The position numbers and the translations under genes are program-made. DNA of 63,103 bases, the filler included, from Actinomycetota bacterium (GTDB lineage: Bacteria; Actinomycetota; Actinomycetes; JAKEEW01), in the NCBI GenBank assembly GCA_046725875.1. It is 4 parts of 4 records of this genome, joined end to end, with 100 filler letters (N's around TTAATTAATTAA, not from the genome) between each part and the next. Parts side by side here need not be neighbours in the genome. Positions count along the whole stretch, not along the records: positions 47,886 to 54,726 come from JBKOZJ010000163.1; positions 54,827 to 63,103 come from JBKOZJ010000167.1; 2 more parts are not named here. The stretch is one strand, 5' to 3'. The notes beneath the pieces are model-generated. The model saw only the letters and a program-made list of their open reading frames with translations. It made no database searches and was not told the origin of the DNA. Shown here in pieces: positions 50,596 through 60,642 of the stretch (positions are counted from its first letter, which is position 1; the number at the start of each line of letters is the position of its first letter).

Positions 50596-51531
50596 GTGCC
50601 TGATCCCGAGGAGCTCTACGAGCTGGCGCCCGATCTGCCTGACCTAGGCCGGCCGGTGCTCATCCAGGCGATGACCGGCTTCGTCGACGCGGGCGGCGCG
50701 ACCCGGCTCGCCGGCGACCATCTGCTCACCAGGCTCGATCCGAAGCCGGCCGTCACCTTCGATGTGGACTTGCTGCTGGACTACCGCGCCCGGCGCCCGA
50801 TCATGACCTTCGTCGAGGATCATTGGGCGGGATACGACGAGCCGCGGCTGGCCATCGGCGTCCTTCAGGACGCGGCGGGCGTGCCGTTCCTCCTGCTTAC
50901 CGGCCCGGAGCCAGATGTGATGTGGCGTCGCTTCAGCGCCGCGATCCGACAGGTCATCGACCGGCTCGGCGTGCGTCTCACGGTGGGCCTCAATGCGATC
51001 CCGATGGCGGTGCCGCACACCCGGCCGACCGGCGTGACCGCACACGCGACCCGAAAAGACCTGGTCGCGGGCTATGAGCCTTGGATTGAACGGGTCCTGG
51101 TCCCGGGCAGCGCGCAGCACCTGCTGGAGTGGGAGCTTGGCCGGTACGGTAGGGATGCGATCGGCTTTGCTGTGCACGTTCCGCACTACCTCGCCCAGAC
51201 CGACTACCCCGCCGCGGCCGAGCTGCTGCTGACCTCGGTGAGCCGAGCCACCGGCCTCCTGCTGCCAACCGACGGTCTGCATGCCGCCGCGGAACGGCTG
51301 CGCGGCGACATCGACCAGCGGATTGCCGCCGACAACGAGGCACGTGCGCTGGTTCGGGCGTTGGAGGAGCAATACGACGCGTTCGTCCGCGGCCGAGCGA
51401 GCAACCTCCTCACCTCCACGGGACCGCTGCCCACCGCAGAGGAGCTCGGTGCCGAGTTCGAGCGCTTCTTGGCCGATCAAGGCAAACCCGATCAGGGGGG
51501 CCCAGGCAGTTCGTTTCCCCAAGGCTCTTGA
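50596..51531 (+). CDS. PAC2 (proteasome assembly chaperone) family protein
   Basis: GFVDAG, DYRARRP, GPEPD, PMAVPHTRP, HVPHYL, LEEQYD; GGAGG RBS. Confidence 0.9.
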   Translation: MPDPEELYELAPDLPDLGRPVLIQAMTGFVDAGGATRLAGDHLLTRLDPKPAVTFDVDLLLDYRARRPIMTFVEDHWAGYDEPRLAIGVLQDAAGVPFLLLTGPEPDVMWRRFSAAIRQVIDRLGVRLTVGLNAIPMAVPHTRPTGVTAHATRKDLVAGYEPWIERVLVPGSAQHLLEWELGRYGRDAIGFAVHVPHYLAQTDYPAAAELLLTSVSRATGLLLPTDGLHAAAERLRGDIDQRIAADNEARALVRALEEQYDAFVRGRASNLLTSTGPLPTAEELGAEFERFLADQGKPDQGGPGSSFPQGS

Positions 51532-51594
51532 CCCGCGCTCCTTCAGGGTTGACCTGATCGCGGGCCGCTGGGCCGCGACCCATGTTGCTTGGCA

Positions 51595-52824
51595 CTACGG
51601 GCGTTTGTAGCCGGGGACGAGTTCCAGGGTGAGCTGTTCCAGGAACAACCCCGTATCGGTGACGATGCCGCGGGCCTGTGCGGAGCCGCGATCGGCTAGC
51701 TTTGTGACGGTCGCGGGATTGATGTCCACGCAGACCAGCGGTATCGAAGCCGGCAAGATGTTGCCCGTCGCGACCGAGTGCAACATCGTCGCAACCATGA
51801 TGGCGAAGCCGACGCCGTCAAGCTCGGCGCGCATCGCTCGCTGGCCTTCGATTATGTCGGTGTAGACGTCAGGGAGGGGCCCGTCGTCGCGGACCGAGCC
51901 GACGAGCACATAGCGCTTCCCGCCCCGGACCATTGCGTGCATAACGCCGCTGGTCAGCACGCCTTGCTCGACCGCGGCCGCGATCGACCCGGCCCGGCGG
52001 ATCTGGTTGATGGCCCGGATGTGGTGCTCGTGCCCGTGCTCGACCCCGCGCCCGCGGGAGAGGTCGACGCCAAGTGACGTACCGAAGAGCGACGCCTCGA
52101 TGTCGTGGGTGGCCAGCGCGTTGCCCGCGAAGAGCACGTCGACAAAGCCACCCTCGACCAGGGCCACCATGGCCGGCGCCGCCCCGGTATGCACGATTGC
52201 CGGGCCGCCAACCCAGAGGATCTTGCGGCCGCCTTCCTTGACCTCGCGCATCTGGTCGGCGATCTGCCGTACGAGCAGCGCCTGGGGCTTCTCGGACGAA
52301 ACTTCGGAGTTCATGAACTCGAAGGCCTCACCCGTGCGATCCACCTGCGGGATGGCCGGCACGACCCGGACGCCGCCGGTGCCGCAGACGATGCGATCAC
52401 CGGCCCTTATGTCGCTGACCGGGATCGTCCGCACCCGGCTGTCCTCGACGAGGAGGCCGCAGTCCATCTCGGGGTTCTCGACTCGCACCCACTCGCCGCC
52501 GAGCCGGACGAACGTCTCGAGGTTCGTCGTGGAGTAGAAGTCGTCTGGGAAGACGCCGTCGGCGTCGGCCTCGCGGATCACGACCTCGCCCGGATCGACC
52601 AGGTTGACGCCGTGCCCCTGCAGCCGGTTGACCAGCCGGGACAGCCCCCCCTCTGCGGCGGTGACCACGATCCTGGCATATGACTCGTCGTCGTGATCCT
52701 TGCCGACGTCGAACCGCTCTATGACGTAATCCCCGCCGTAGTCTCGGATGTCGTCGAGGATCTTGGTAAGCGTTCCCGAGTCCAGCAGGTGGCCGTGGAT
52801 GTCCACGGTCTCGCTTAGCTGCAT
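51595..52824 (-). CDS. TIGR00300-type protein (putative ornithine cyclodeaminase)
   Basis: GHLLDSG, PDDFYSTTN, EMDC, FEFM.S.VSSEK, GNALATHDIE, GSVRDDGPLPD, TMLHSVATGN, KL.DRGS. Confidence 0.85.
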   Translation of the reverse strand: MQLSETVDIHGHLLDSGTLTKILDDIRDYGGDYVIERFDVGKDHDDESYARIVVTAAEGGLSRLVNRLQGHGVNLVDPGEVVIREADADGVFPDDFYSTTNLETFVRLGGEWVRVENPEMDCGLLVEDSRVRTIPVSDIRAGDRIVCGTGGVRVVPAIPQVDRTGEAFEFMNSEVSSEKPQALLVRQIADQMREVKEGGRKILWVGGPAIVHTGAAPAMVALVEGGFVDVLFAGNALATHDIEASLFGTSLGVDLSRGRGVEHGHEHHIRAINQIRRAGSIAAAVEQGVLTSGVMHAMVRGGKRYVLVGSVRDDGPLPDVYTDIIEGQRAMRAELDGVGFAIMVATMLHSVATGNILPASIPLVCVDINPATVTKLADRGSAQARGIVTDTGLFLEQLTLELVPGYKRP

Positions 52825-52829
52825 GGAGG

Positions 52830-53708
52830 TCAGACTACGGCGCCGTCGTCCGGATCCTCGTCAGAATGGTCCTTGAGGCGCATGACAAGCGTAGTGAAGC
52901 CGCCGATGAAGGCGAAGACGGCAGCACCTGGTATCCAGGTCGGCAGGCCGAGGCCGAATGCATAGGCGAGCAGGAGCGCCGGCCCGCCGAGAACCCCCGC
53001 CCAGGCGAGCTTTGTCACCGGTTCGAGCGGCGGCAGTGGTGGGGGAAGCGGCGGCACGAAGTGGTCCTCGTCCCCGTCGTCGCCGGCTGTGCCTGGCTCG
53101 CCGTCGCGGGGACCGGTCGCCTCCACCGAGTCGACTGCCTCAACCTTCCGGACGACCCGACCTTCCCGTACTGGCCCGTCGTCAGCTATGTCCTCGTCCG
53201 CCGGCCAGCGCGGCACCTCGTCGGCGGGAGACGCTTCGAAGCCGGCGATGATCTGCTTCCAGGCGTTGTCGAGGTCGGCCTGCCCGGCGTGCTCTCGTTC
53301 TGCCTCCACTTGTTCACTCGCCGGCGTTGCCGCCGATCCGGAGTCGGCAGCGTCGGCTGGCATCGTGCCGTTATGGCCGTCCGGCTTGGGCTGGGCCTGC
53401 CCAGGGGCCGTTTCATCGGCCTCGGAGGTGGTGCGTGGCACCGCAGTTCCCGCATCGGGCTCGGCAAAGGCGACATCGAGTACGCCACGGGCCGCGGCCG
53501 ACGCCGCCGCATCGACGTAAAGCCGGTCGACTGGACGGTTCGGGACATCGAGTTCCCAGCCGAGACTCGACCGGCCGGTCGCGGCCACCGCATATGCGGC
53601 CACGCCGACCTCCCGCAGCGCATCAAGGATCACCGTGGTCGCCCGCGGGTCGATGTCGGCCAGCGGAACATAGGACGCCGCCGTGAGCCCGTTTCCTCTC
53701 GTGCGCAT
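52830..53708 (-). CDS. Conserved actinobacterial membrane protein (hypothetical)
   Basis: Acidic linker, AWKQIIAGF, DHFVPPLPPPLP, two C-terminal TM helices, ends DDGAVV. Confidence 0.72.
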   Translation of the reverse strand: MRTRGNGLTAASYVPLADIDPRATTVILDALREVGVAAYAVAATGRSSLGWELDVPNRPVDRLYVDAAASAAARGVLDVAFAEPDAGTAVPRTTSEADETAPGQAQPKPDGHNGTMPADAADSGSAATPASEQVEAEREHAGQADLDNAWKQIIAGFEASPADEVPRWPADEDIADDGPVREGRVVRKVEAVDSVEATGPRDGEPGTAGDDGDEDHFVPPLPPPLPPLEPVTKLAWAGVLGGPALLLAYAFGLGLPTWIPGAAVFAFIGGFTTLVMRLKDHSDEDPDDGAVV

Positions 53709-53976
53709 CGTTCTCAGCCCTTCACCGTCAAGGACCCTACGGCGCGGTTCGCCCGGACCCCACGCGGCGGTAGCGAGTCACGATTCACCCCGAAATCCTG
53801 CCACGCCAAGGCCGAGCCCGTCACCGCACTCCGTCGAGCCTGCCGTCCGGGCGGGTGGGCCGCCGCGGGACGCTTCGCAGGCTGCCGTTGCCTGCGAGGT
53901 CAACAGTCCTTAATGTTCCTGACCAGGAAATGTAGGACGGTACGCCGTCCGGCCGACGGGGGTCGTGGGAGGTGTG

Positions 53977-54717
53977 ATGTTCTACTGGTTCCTCAAGCGC
54001 GTCCTGCTCGGCCCACTGCTGTGGCTGGTGTGGCGGCCGTGGGTAGAGGGCCTGGAGAACATCCCAGAGCGCGGCGCAGCGATCATCGCCAGCAACCACC
54101 TGTCGTTCTCGGACTCGTTCTTCATGCCGCTCGTCGTGCCCCGCCGGGTCACCTTTGCAGCAAAGGCTGAGTACTTCACCGGCCGCGGCCTAAAGGGACG
54201 CTTGACCGCGTGGTTCTTCCGGGGAGTCGGGCAGGTGCCAATCGACCGCTCAGGGGGCAAGGCGGCGGATGCCGCGCTGCGGACCGGGTTGAAGATCCTC
54301 GAGCGCGGTGAGCTCTTCGGTATCTACCCGGAGGGCACGAGGTCACCGGACGGCCGGCTCTATCGGGGACGGACCGGAATCGCCCGGCTGGCTCTTGCCG
54401 CTAAGGTGCCGGTCATTCCGGTTGCCATGATCGATACCGACAAGCTCCAGCCGCCCGGCCGAGTTCTACCGAGACTCATCCGGCCAGGCGTTAGGCTCGG
54501 CAAGCCGCTGGATTTCTCCCGCTATTACGGTCTCGAGGCCGACCGGTACGTCCTCCGGTCTGTCACAGACGAGATCATGTATGCGCTGATGGAACTGTCC
54601 GGCCAGGAGTATGTCGACATATACGCGAGCAAGGCGAAGGAGCTGATCCGGGCCGCGAAGCACCCGGAACGCGCGGCCGCCGCCGCGGCCAACGACACCC
54701 ACGACGAAGCCGCGTAG
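53977..54717 (+). CDS. 1-acyl-sn-glycerol-3-phosphate (lysophospholipid) acyltransferase
   Basis: NHLSFSD (HX4D), PIDRSGG, YPEGTRS; GGAGG RBS. Confidence 0.93.
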   Translation: MFYWFLKRVLLGPLLWLVWRPWVEGLENIPERGAAIIASNHLSFSDSFFMPLVVPRRVTFAAKAEYFTGRGLKGRLTAWFFRGVGQVPIDRSGGKAADAALRTGLKILERGELFGIYPEGTRSPDGRLYRGRTGIARLALAAKVPVIPVAMIDTDKLQPPGRVLPRLIRPGVRLGKPLDFSRYYGLEADRYVLRSVTDEIMYALMELSGQEYVDIYASKAKELIRAAKHPERAAAAAANDTHDEAA

Positions 54718-54726
54718 GACGCTGCT

Positions 54727-54826
54727 NNNNNNNNNNNNNNNNNNNNNNNNNNNNNNNNNNNNNNNNNNNNTTAATTAATTAANNNNNNNNNNNNNNNNNN
54801 NNNNNNNNNNNNNNNNNNNNNNNNNN
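54727..54826. other. Artificial contig linker
   Basis: N44-TTAATTAATTAA-N44. Confidence 0.97.
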
Positions 54827-54829
54827 ACC

Positions 54830-55519
54830 GTGAACAAGGCGCAGCTCATCGAGCAGCTCGCAACACGGTTCGGGGGGAACAAGAAGGCCGCAGGCCATGC
54901 TCTCGACTCCGTGCTCGACACCATCACGCGCTCGGTCGTCGGCGGCGAGAAGGTCGCGATCTCCGGCTTCGGCGTTTTCGAGCGAACCGAACGCAAGGCG
55001 CGTACCGCACGCAACCCGGCCACGGGTGAGACCGTGCAGGTGAAGAAGACAGCGGTGCCGAAGTTCAAGCCCGGCGCCGGCTTCAAGGGCTACGTCTCCG
55101 GGACGACGAGGCTGCCGAGGCTCGTGATCCAGCAACCACCGGTCGTCGCTGCTGGGGCGGCACCCGCCGCAAAGAAGGCGACGACCAAGAAGGCGACGAC
55201 CAAGAAGGCGGCGACCAAGAAGGCGGCGACCAAGAAGGCGGCGACCAAGAAGGCCACGACGAAGAAGGCAACCGCCTCGCGCACAACCGCGAAGCGCTCG
55301 ACCGCGAAGAAGGCCACCAAGAGGGCGACCCGCCCGGCGACAAAGAAGTCAACGGCCCGCGGCACGACCCGCAAGGCTTCGACGGCACGTAGGACTGCCA
55401 CGAAGAAGGGCACCGCTGCCCGCGCCACGGCGAAGCGGACGACGGCCAAGCGCACCACCGCCAAGCGGACGACGGCAAAGCGTGCCACGGCCAAGCGCAC
55501 CACCGCGCGCAAGCGCTGA
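54830..55519 (+). CDS. hup: HU family DNA-binding protein with Lys/Arg/Ala/Thr-rich tail (HupS/HupB type)
   Basis: MNKAQLIE...GFGVFE...[15 protein letters not shown]; tail of KKA(A/T)T and AKRTT repeats. Confidence 0.95.
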   Translation: MNKAQLIEQLATRFGGNKKAAGHALDSVLDTITRSVVGGEKVAISGFGVFERTERKARTARNPATGETVQVKKTAVPKFKPGAGFKGYVSGTTRLPRLVIQQPPVVAAGAAPAAKKATTKKATTKKAATKKAATKKAATKKATTKKATASRTTAKRSTAKKATKRATRPATKKSTARGTTRKASTARRTATKKGTAARATAKRTTAKRTTAKRTTAKRATAKRTTARKR

Positions 55520-55530
55520 CCATCAACAGA

Positions 55531-55565
55531 GGCATCCGGCCCGGGGTCACCCGGCGCCGGATGCC
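55531..55565. terminator. Hairpin between convergent genes
   Basis: GGCATCCGGC / GCCGGATGCC stem with inner pairing. Confidence 0.65.
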
Positions 55566-55605
55566 GTCCTGCGCTTGGTAGGCACCCGGTGGGCTCGCCG
55601 CGCGA

Positions 55606-55809
55606 TCATAGGGTGGCGAGAGTCAAGAAGGTGACCCGCCGGTCCTCACCCGCACCCGCGACCTCGATCCTGACTCGCTGACCGAAGCGGGCGAGGCGTA
55701 GTCCGCCCGCCTCGAACGCGGCGGCGTCGAACGGCAGCTCGGTGCCGTCGTCGAGCAGGACTGTGCCCGACCGAGTCACCGGATCGAACGCCCCAACCGT
55801 GGCTTGCAC
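55606..55809 (-). CDS. Small cold-shock/OB-fold-like conserved protein
   Basis: MQATV..FD..TRSG.VLLDDG...FD..AF..GGLR..R.GQRV; conserved position downstream of cofC. Confidence 0.75.
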   Translation of the reverse strand: MQATVGAFDPVTRSGTVLLDDGTELPFDAAAFEAGGLRLARFGQRVRIEVAGAGEDRRVTFLTLATL

Positions 55810-55869
55810 CCGGCCCTCCCTCGCCTGCCGACGGCGGGGAGCCTATCGCTTGTGCATGCGGCAGAAGGA

Positions 55870-56514
55870 TCAGGACGCGGCCCGCGTATCCGCGAGCAAG
55901 GCGGAGGTGCGGGGCCCGAGGCCGAGCAGCCGGGCGGCCCGCAGGTCGGCAGCGGTGTCGATGTCTCGCCGCAGCGACTGCAGGCCGGCGTCCTCGATGA
56001 GGTAGGCGCCGCTGTCCAGATGGCGCCTGGCTGATCCCGGTCCGAACTGCGGGCACAGCTCGACCCGCGGCAGGCAGGAAAGCAGCGTCGTTCCCGATCC
56101 GCCGGCATCGGCGACGAACGCGCGGTGATGCTCGGCCGCGATCGACAATGCACGGCCAAGCTCGGCGGGCCGCAGCGCGGGGAGGTCGGCCGAAAGTGCG
56201 GCGACGCCGTGACCAGGCCAGTCCTCGCGCGCGGCCTGCGCTCCGAACTCCAGCGCAGGGTTCAGTCCCGCCTCCGGGCCGTCCGCGACGACTCGTGCCC
56301 CGATCTGCCGAAGCTCTGCCGCAGCGTCCTGGTCGGATGTCACCGCGACAACCGCGCGAACCATTTCGCAAGCCAACGCGGCCTGAACCGTGTCACCCGC
56401 GAAGGCCAGAGCCAGCCGGCTCCTGGACCGGCTCGCCTGCGGCATCAAGCGGCTCTTCGCCAGCGTGAGGCGCTTGACCGGTACGACTATCGACCAAAGT
56501 TGTGCGGCTGCCAT
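55870..56514 (-). CDS. cofC: 2-phospho-L-lactate/PEP guanylyltransferase (F420 biosynthesis)
   Basis: VVPVK.L..AKSRL, GLN.A, ADLPAL, GSGTT, FGPGS..RH, DIDT..DL. Confidence 0.92.
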   Translation of the reverse strand: MAAAQLWSIVVPVKRLTLAKSRLMPQASRSRSRLALAFAGDTVQAALACEMVRAVVAVTSDQDAAAELRQIGARVVADGPEAGLNPALEFGAQAAREDWPGHGVAALSADLPALRPAELGRALSIAAEHHRAFVADAGGSGTTLLSCLPRVELCPQFGPGSARRHLDSGAYLIEDAGLQSLRRDIDTAADLRAARLLGLGPRTSALLADTRAAS

Positions 56515-56687
56515 CGGATCGATCGTTGCACGCTGCTGGGATTCGCGCGCATGTCTGGTACGGCCGGCGGCCTTCGACATGCGCGGTCCTATCGGACACA
56601 CTGTGACGGCCACCCCAGCCCGGCAGCACGGGCATGGTGACCACGGCCCGCCGGTGCATCGGCGGCGGAATACCCGAGGAGGACATC

Positions 56688-57461
56688 GTGGCGAGCCGCC
56701 GCAAGATCGGCTTCTGGTTCCGGCTGGTCGTCGCGTTGCTGCGACCCCCGATGATGGTGCTGACGAAGAGGGATTGGCGCGGGGGCGAGATGATCCCACG
56801 CACCGGTGGTGTTGTCCTGGCAACCAACCATGTCTCGCACTTCGACCCGATCGCCTTCGCGCATTTCGGGTACGACAACGGGCGCGTTCCGCGGTTCCTC
56901 GGTAAATCCGAGCTGTTCAAAGTTCCGGTCATCGGGGCCATCATTTCGCGGCTTGGTCAGATCCCGGTCTACCGCCGCAGCTACGACGCATCCGAGGCCT
57001 ACCGGGCGGCAGTCGATGCGGTGCGCCGTGGCGAGTGCGTGATCTTCTATCCAGAGGGGACGATCAGTCGCGACCCCGACCTCTGGCCGATGACCGGAAA
57101 GACCGGCGCCGCGCGAGTCGCCCTCGCGACCGGCGTCCCCGTCATCCCGGTGGCGCAGTGGGGACCGCAGGATGTGCTTGCCCCCTACTCGAAGCGCTTC
57201 CGCTTCTTCCCCCGCAAGACCATGCACATGCAGGCTGGGCCGCCGGTCGACTTCTCCGAGTTCGCCGACCGTCCCATCACCAACGAAACCCTGCGAGATG
57301 CGACCGAGAAGATCATGACCGCGATAACCGAGCAGCTGCAGAAGATCCGAGGTGGGCAACCACCGGTCGTGCGCTTCGACATGCGGCGCGCCGGCATGCC
57401 GGAAACCGGTGACCCGCACGGACCGGACAAGACCCGGCGGTCCGAGGAGAGCGACCCATGA
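56688..57461 (+). CDS. Lysophospholipid acyltransferase
   Basis: NHVSHFD, QIPVYR, YPEGT, KTGAAR; GAGGAGG RBS. Confidence 0.92.
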   Translation: MASRRKIGFWFRLVVALLRPPMMVLTKRDWRGGEMIPRTGGVVLATNHVSHFDPIAFAHFGYDNGRVPRFLGKSELFKVPVIGAIISRLGQIPVYRRSYDASEAYRAAVDAVRRGECVIFYPEGTISRDPDLWPMTGKTGAARVALATGVPVIPVAQWGPQDVLAPYSKRFRFFPRKTMHMQAGPPVDFSEFADRPITNETLRDATEKIMTAITEQLQKIRGGQPPVVRFDMRRAGMPETGDPHGPDKTRRSEESDP

Positions 57462-58465
57462 GCAGGGTCGCGGTGTTCGGCGCCGGGTCCTGGGGGACGG
57501 CGTTCTCGCTGGTGCTCGCCGACGCCGAGCGTGAGGTACGGCTGTGGGGGCGCCGGGCGGAGCTCACCGAGGCGATCAACGCGAAGCACGAAAATCCTGA
57601 TTACCTGCCCGGTGTCGAGCTGCCGTCCACGATCGCCGCGACCACTGACCCTGCCGAAGCGGCCGACGGCGCGGAACTCGTCGTATTCGCCATCCCGTCC
57701 CAGCTGCTTCGGGACAATCTTGGGCAGTGGCTCAATCTGCTGCCGGCGGATGCTGTCCTGCTCAGCCTGGCCAAGGGGATTGAGCTCGGCACTGCGAAGC
57801 GGGCCAGCGAGGTTGTGCTCGAGGTCACGGGGGTCGGGCCTGCTCGGGTGGCGGTGCTGTCCGGACCGAACCTCGCGCCGGAGATTGCTCAGCGGCAGCC
57901 GGCGGCGAGCGTTATCGCATGTGTGGACGAGGATGTCGCCGCCCGGGTGCAGGCGCTGTGCCACACGCCCTACTTCCGGCCGTACACCAACACCGACGTG
58001 GTCGGCACCGAGCTCGGGGGAGCGGTCAAGAATGTCATCGCCATTGCGGTCGGGATGGCCGACGGCATGGGCTTCGGTGACAACACGAAAGCGTCGTTGA
58101 TTACCCGCGGCCTTGCGGAAACCGCCAGATTGGGCGCCGCGCTCGGCGCCGACCCGTACACCTTCTCCGGTCTCGCCGGGCTCGGCGACTTGGTGGCGAC
58201 ATGCTCGTCTCCGCTGTCGCGGAACCGAACCTTCGGCGAGAAGCTCGGCCGCGGGATGACCGTCGTGCAGATCGTGCGGAGTACCAGGCAGGTAGCGGAA
58301 GGGGCCAAGTCCTGCCAGTCGATCCTCCAGCTGGCCCACTCCGCGGCAACCGACGTCCCCATCGTCGAGCATGTGGTCGCGGTGGTCCATGAAGGCGTGC
58401 CACCGCTCGAGGTGCTCCGCAGCCTGATGTCCCGAGCAGCCAAGCCCGAGCGGTGGGGCCACTGA
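57458..58465 (+). CDS. gpsA: NAD(P)H-dependent glycerol-3-phosphate dehydrogenase
   Basis: [34 protein letters not shown]. Confidence 0.96.
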   Translation: MSRVAVFGAGSWGTAFSLVLADAEREVRLWGRRAELTEAINAKHENPDYLPGVELPSTIAATTDPAEAADGAELVVFAIPSQLLRDNLGQWLNLLPADAVLLSLAKGIELGTAKRASEVVLEVTGVGPARVAVLSGPNLAPEIAQRQPAASVIACVDEDVAARVQALCHTPYFRPYTNTDVVGTELGGAVKNVIAIAVGMADGMGFGDNTKASLITRGLAETARLGAALGADPYTFSGLAGLGDLVATCSSPLSRNRTFGEKLGRGMTVVQIVRSTRQVAEGAKSCQSILQLAHSAATDVPIVEHVVAVVHEGVPPLEVLRSLMSRAAKPERWGH

Positions 58466-58629
58466 GGCCCCGACATCACCCCACGCCACCCGGCGAAGTT
58501 TTGATCGCTTCGCTCCAAACCTCGCGGGGACACCGGCCTTGTGGGTGATCATTCGCACTCTGAGCAGAGCGCCGCAAGGGGGATTCCCCTGGCCCGGGCC
58601 GATCCGGTCAGGCATTAGGGTCGTCCGCC

Positions 58630-59790
58630 ATGGACATCAAGTCCCCTGGGAAGCCGATTCCCCCAGACGTCCATGAAGAGACAGCTCCGCGGAAGCCACG
58701 GGTCGCCGTCGTGTTCGGCGGGCGTAGCTCGGAACATGCCGTGTCGTGCGTGACGGCCGGAAGCGTGCTCGCGGCGATCGACCGGGACCGTTATGACGTC
58801 GTCCCCATTGGGATCTCGCGCGACGGTCGCTGGGTCCTGGAGTCGGGACGTCCCGAGCGCCTCGCCGTCACCGGCGGCCGGCTGCCATCCGTTGACGAAT
58901 CCGGTGCTGCAGTGGTCCTCGCCGGCGATCCCACCGTCCGGGAGCTGATGGTCGCCAAGCCTGGTGAGGTTCCGCGCGCATTGGGAGAGGTCGACGTCGT
59001 CGTCCCGTTGCTACACGGGCCCTACGGTGAGGACGGCACCCTGCAGGGGCTGCTCGAGCTAGCCGGGGTCACCTATGTCGGCTCCGGAGTCCTGTCCAGC
59101 GCTGTCGCGATGGACAAGGAATACATGAAGAAGCTGTTCGTGGCTGCGGGGCTTCCCGTTGTCGACCACATAGTGGTCCGTCCGAGGGAGTGGGAGCGGG
59201 ACAAGGCCGGCGTCGCCGACCGGGTGGCGCGGCTGGGTTATCCGGTGTTCGTCAAACCGGCCCGGGCGGGATCGAGTATCGGCATCACTAAGGTGCTCGG
59301 GCCCGAGCAGCTATCCGCGGCGATCGAGGCGGCCCGCGAATGGGATCCCAAGGTGCTCGTGGAGGTCGCCGTCGCCGCCCGCGAGATCGAGTGCGGCGTC
59401 CTTGAGTCGCTGACCGGCGACGCGCCCGAAGTCTCAGTGGTCGCCGAGATCAAGGTACGCGGTGACCACGAGTTCTACGACTTCGAGGCGAAGTACCTGG
59501 ACGAGGTCACCGAGTACGACGTACCGGCGCACCTACCAACCGAGACGGCCACGCAGGTTCGCCGACTGGCGGCCACTGCGTTCGAGGCGCTTGCCTGCGA
59601 GGGCCTAGCGCGGGTCGATTTCTTCCTGAAATCGGATGGCACGCTTCTCCTAAACGAGGTCAACACGATGCCTGGCTTCACGCCGACCTCGATGTTTCCG
59701 GTGGTCTGGCGTGAGTCCGGCCTTCCCTACCCGGATTTGGTAGATCGGCTCATCCAGCTCGCACTGCGCCGGCCGACCGGCCTGCGGTGA
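58630..59790 (+). CDS. ddl: D-alanine--D-alanine ligase
   Basis: FGGRSSEH, HGPYGEDG, GSSIG, YDFEAKY, NEVNTMPGFT. Confidence 0.97.
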   Translation: MDIKSPGKPIPPDVHEETAPRKPRVAVVFGGRSSEHAVSCVTAGSVLAAIDRDRYDVVPIGISRDGRWVLESGRPERLAVTGGRLPSVDESGAAVVLAGDPTVRELMVAKPGEVPRALGEVDVVVPLLHGPYGEDGTLQGLLELAGVTYVGSGVLSSAVAMDKEYMKKLFVAAGLPVVDHIVVRPREWERDKAGVADRVARLGYPVFVKPARAGSSIGITKVLGPEQLSAAIEAAREWDPKVLVEVAVAAREIECGVLESLTGDAPEVSVVAEIKVRGDHEFYDFEAKYLDEVTEYDVPAHLPTETATQVRRLAATAFEALACEGLARVDFFLKSDGTLLLNEVNTMPGFTPTSMFPVVWRESGLPYPDLVDRLIQLALRRPTGLR

Positions 59791-60340
59791 GCGGGTCGGC
59801 GTCCTTGATAAGCTCCGCGAGCTCGACGAGCGGATCGGTCGGTGCACCGTCGGACTTCGGTGCCAGCACCTCGACGTAGGCGATTCGCCCGACCGTGGTG
59901 AACCGCCATTCGCGTTCGTCCTCGACGGGGAGCCAATCCACCTCGTTGACAGTGGTCAGCTCGGCCGTGGGCGTGAGGCCTGCCGGTCGGCCGACCCCAC
60001 AGAAGAGGACAAGCGCCGGGTCACCCCAGGCACGCACGAAGTCCGATGCTGGCGTCGTCGGCCGCCGGCTCCGCCCGGCGAGGGTTTCCGGAAGCTGTTT
60101 GGTGAGCTGCTTGCAGGCCGTTGCCGCCTCCGCCGTCGGGTGTGGTATGGCAACCCGCACGGGGCCGTTTGCGCGTACGGCAAGAAGCGCCAGCACCCCA
60201 CCTACGGCGGTTAGCGCGACGGCCCCGGCGATCGCAAGCCGCAGCGGCTTGTTGGCTGCGCCGGAATCGGGCCCGAGCGTAGCGTTGCGCGCCGGGTAAG
60301 GAGACCGGGCTGGTGGCTCCCCGGCATCGCCGCCGTTCAG
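59750..60340 (-). CDS. DUF3515 family exported protein (start uncertain)
   Basis: TM/signal segment then C..L...LP, AWGDP.LVL.CGV..P, V..VDW; conserved position between ddl and the Lrp/AsnC gene. Confidence 0.75.
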   Translation of the reverse strand: MNGGDAGEPPARSPYPARNATLGPDSGAANKPLRLAIAGAVALTAVGGVLALLAVRANGPVRVAIPHPTAEAATACKQLTKQLPETLAGRSRRPTTPASDFVRAWGDPALVLFCGVGRPAGLTPTAELTTVNEVDWLPVEDEREWRFTTVGRIAYVEVLAPKSDGAPTDPLVELAELIKDADPLTAGRSAGAVRAG

Positions 60341-60573
60341 AGATGAACCACCGGACAAGTCAACGTCCGGGTGATGCCGTCGATGGCCTGTACTTGCGAG
60401 ACAACGAGCTTGCCGAGCTCGTCCACGCTGTGCGCCTCGGCCCGGACGATCACGTCGTAGGGGCCGGTCACGTCCTCCGCCAGCGTCACCCCGTCGATCT
60501 TGTTGATTTCCCGGGCGACCTGCGCGGCCTTGCCAACCTCCGTCTGCACGAGGATGTATGCCTGGACGACCAC
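60337..60573 (-). CDS. Stand-alone Lrp/AsnC ligand-binding domain protein
   Basis: VQAYILVQTEVGKA...VTGPYDVIV...ITRTLTCPVVHL; GAGGAG RBS. Confidence 0.9.
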   Translation of the reverse strand: MVVQAYILVQTEVGKAAQVAREINKIDGVTLAEDVTGPYDVIVRAEAHSVDELGKLVVSQVQAIDGITRTLTCPVVHL

Positions 60574-60642
60574 GGCGGCTCCTCACCTGCTGGAAGAAGA
60601 AGTGAGCAGCGCAACCGTACCGCCATGGGGAACGGAGGTCAG

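Noticed and set aside
58493..58530. Imperfect hairpin between gpsA and ddl
   Set aside because: Several mismatches and a single copy in the window; cannot distinguish a terminator from a decayed repeat.
59470..59500. Ddl omega-loop Phe (YDFEAKY), suggesting D-Ala-D-Lac specificity
   Set aside because: This variant is common in ordinary actinobacterial D-Ala-D-Ala ligases and no van genes are present.
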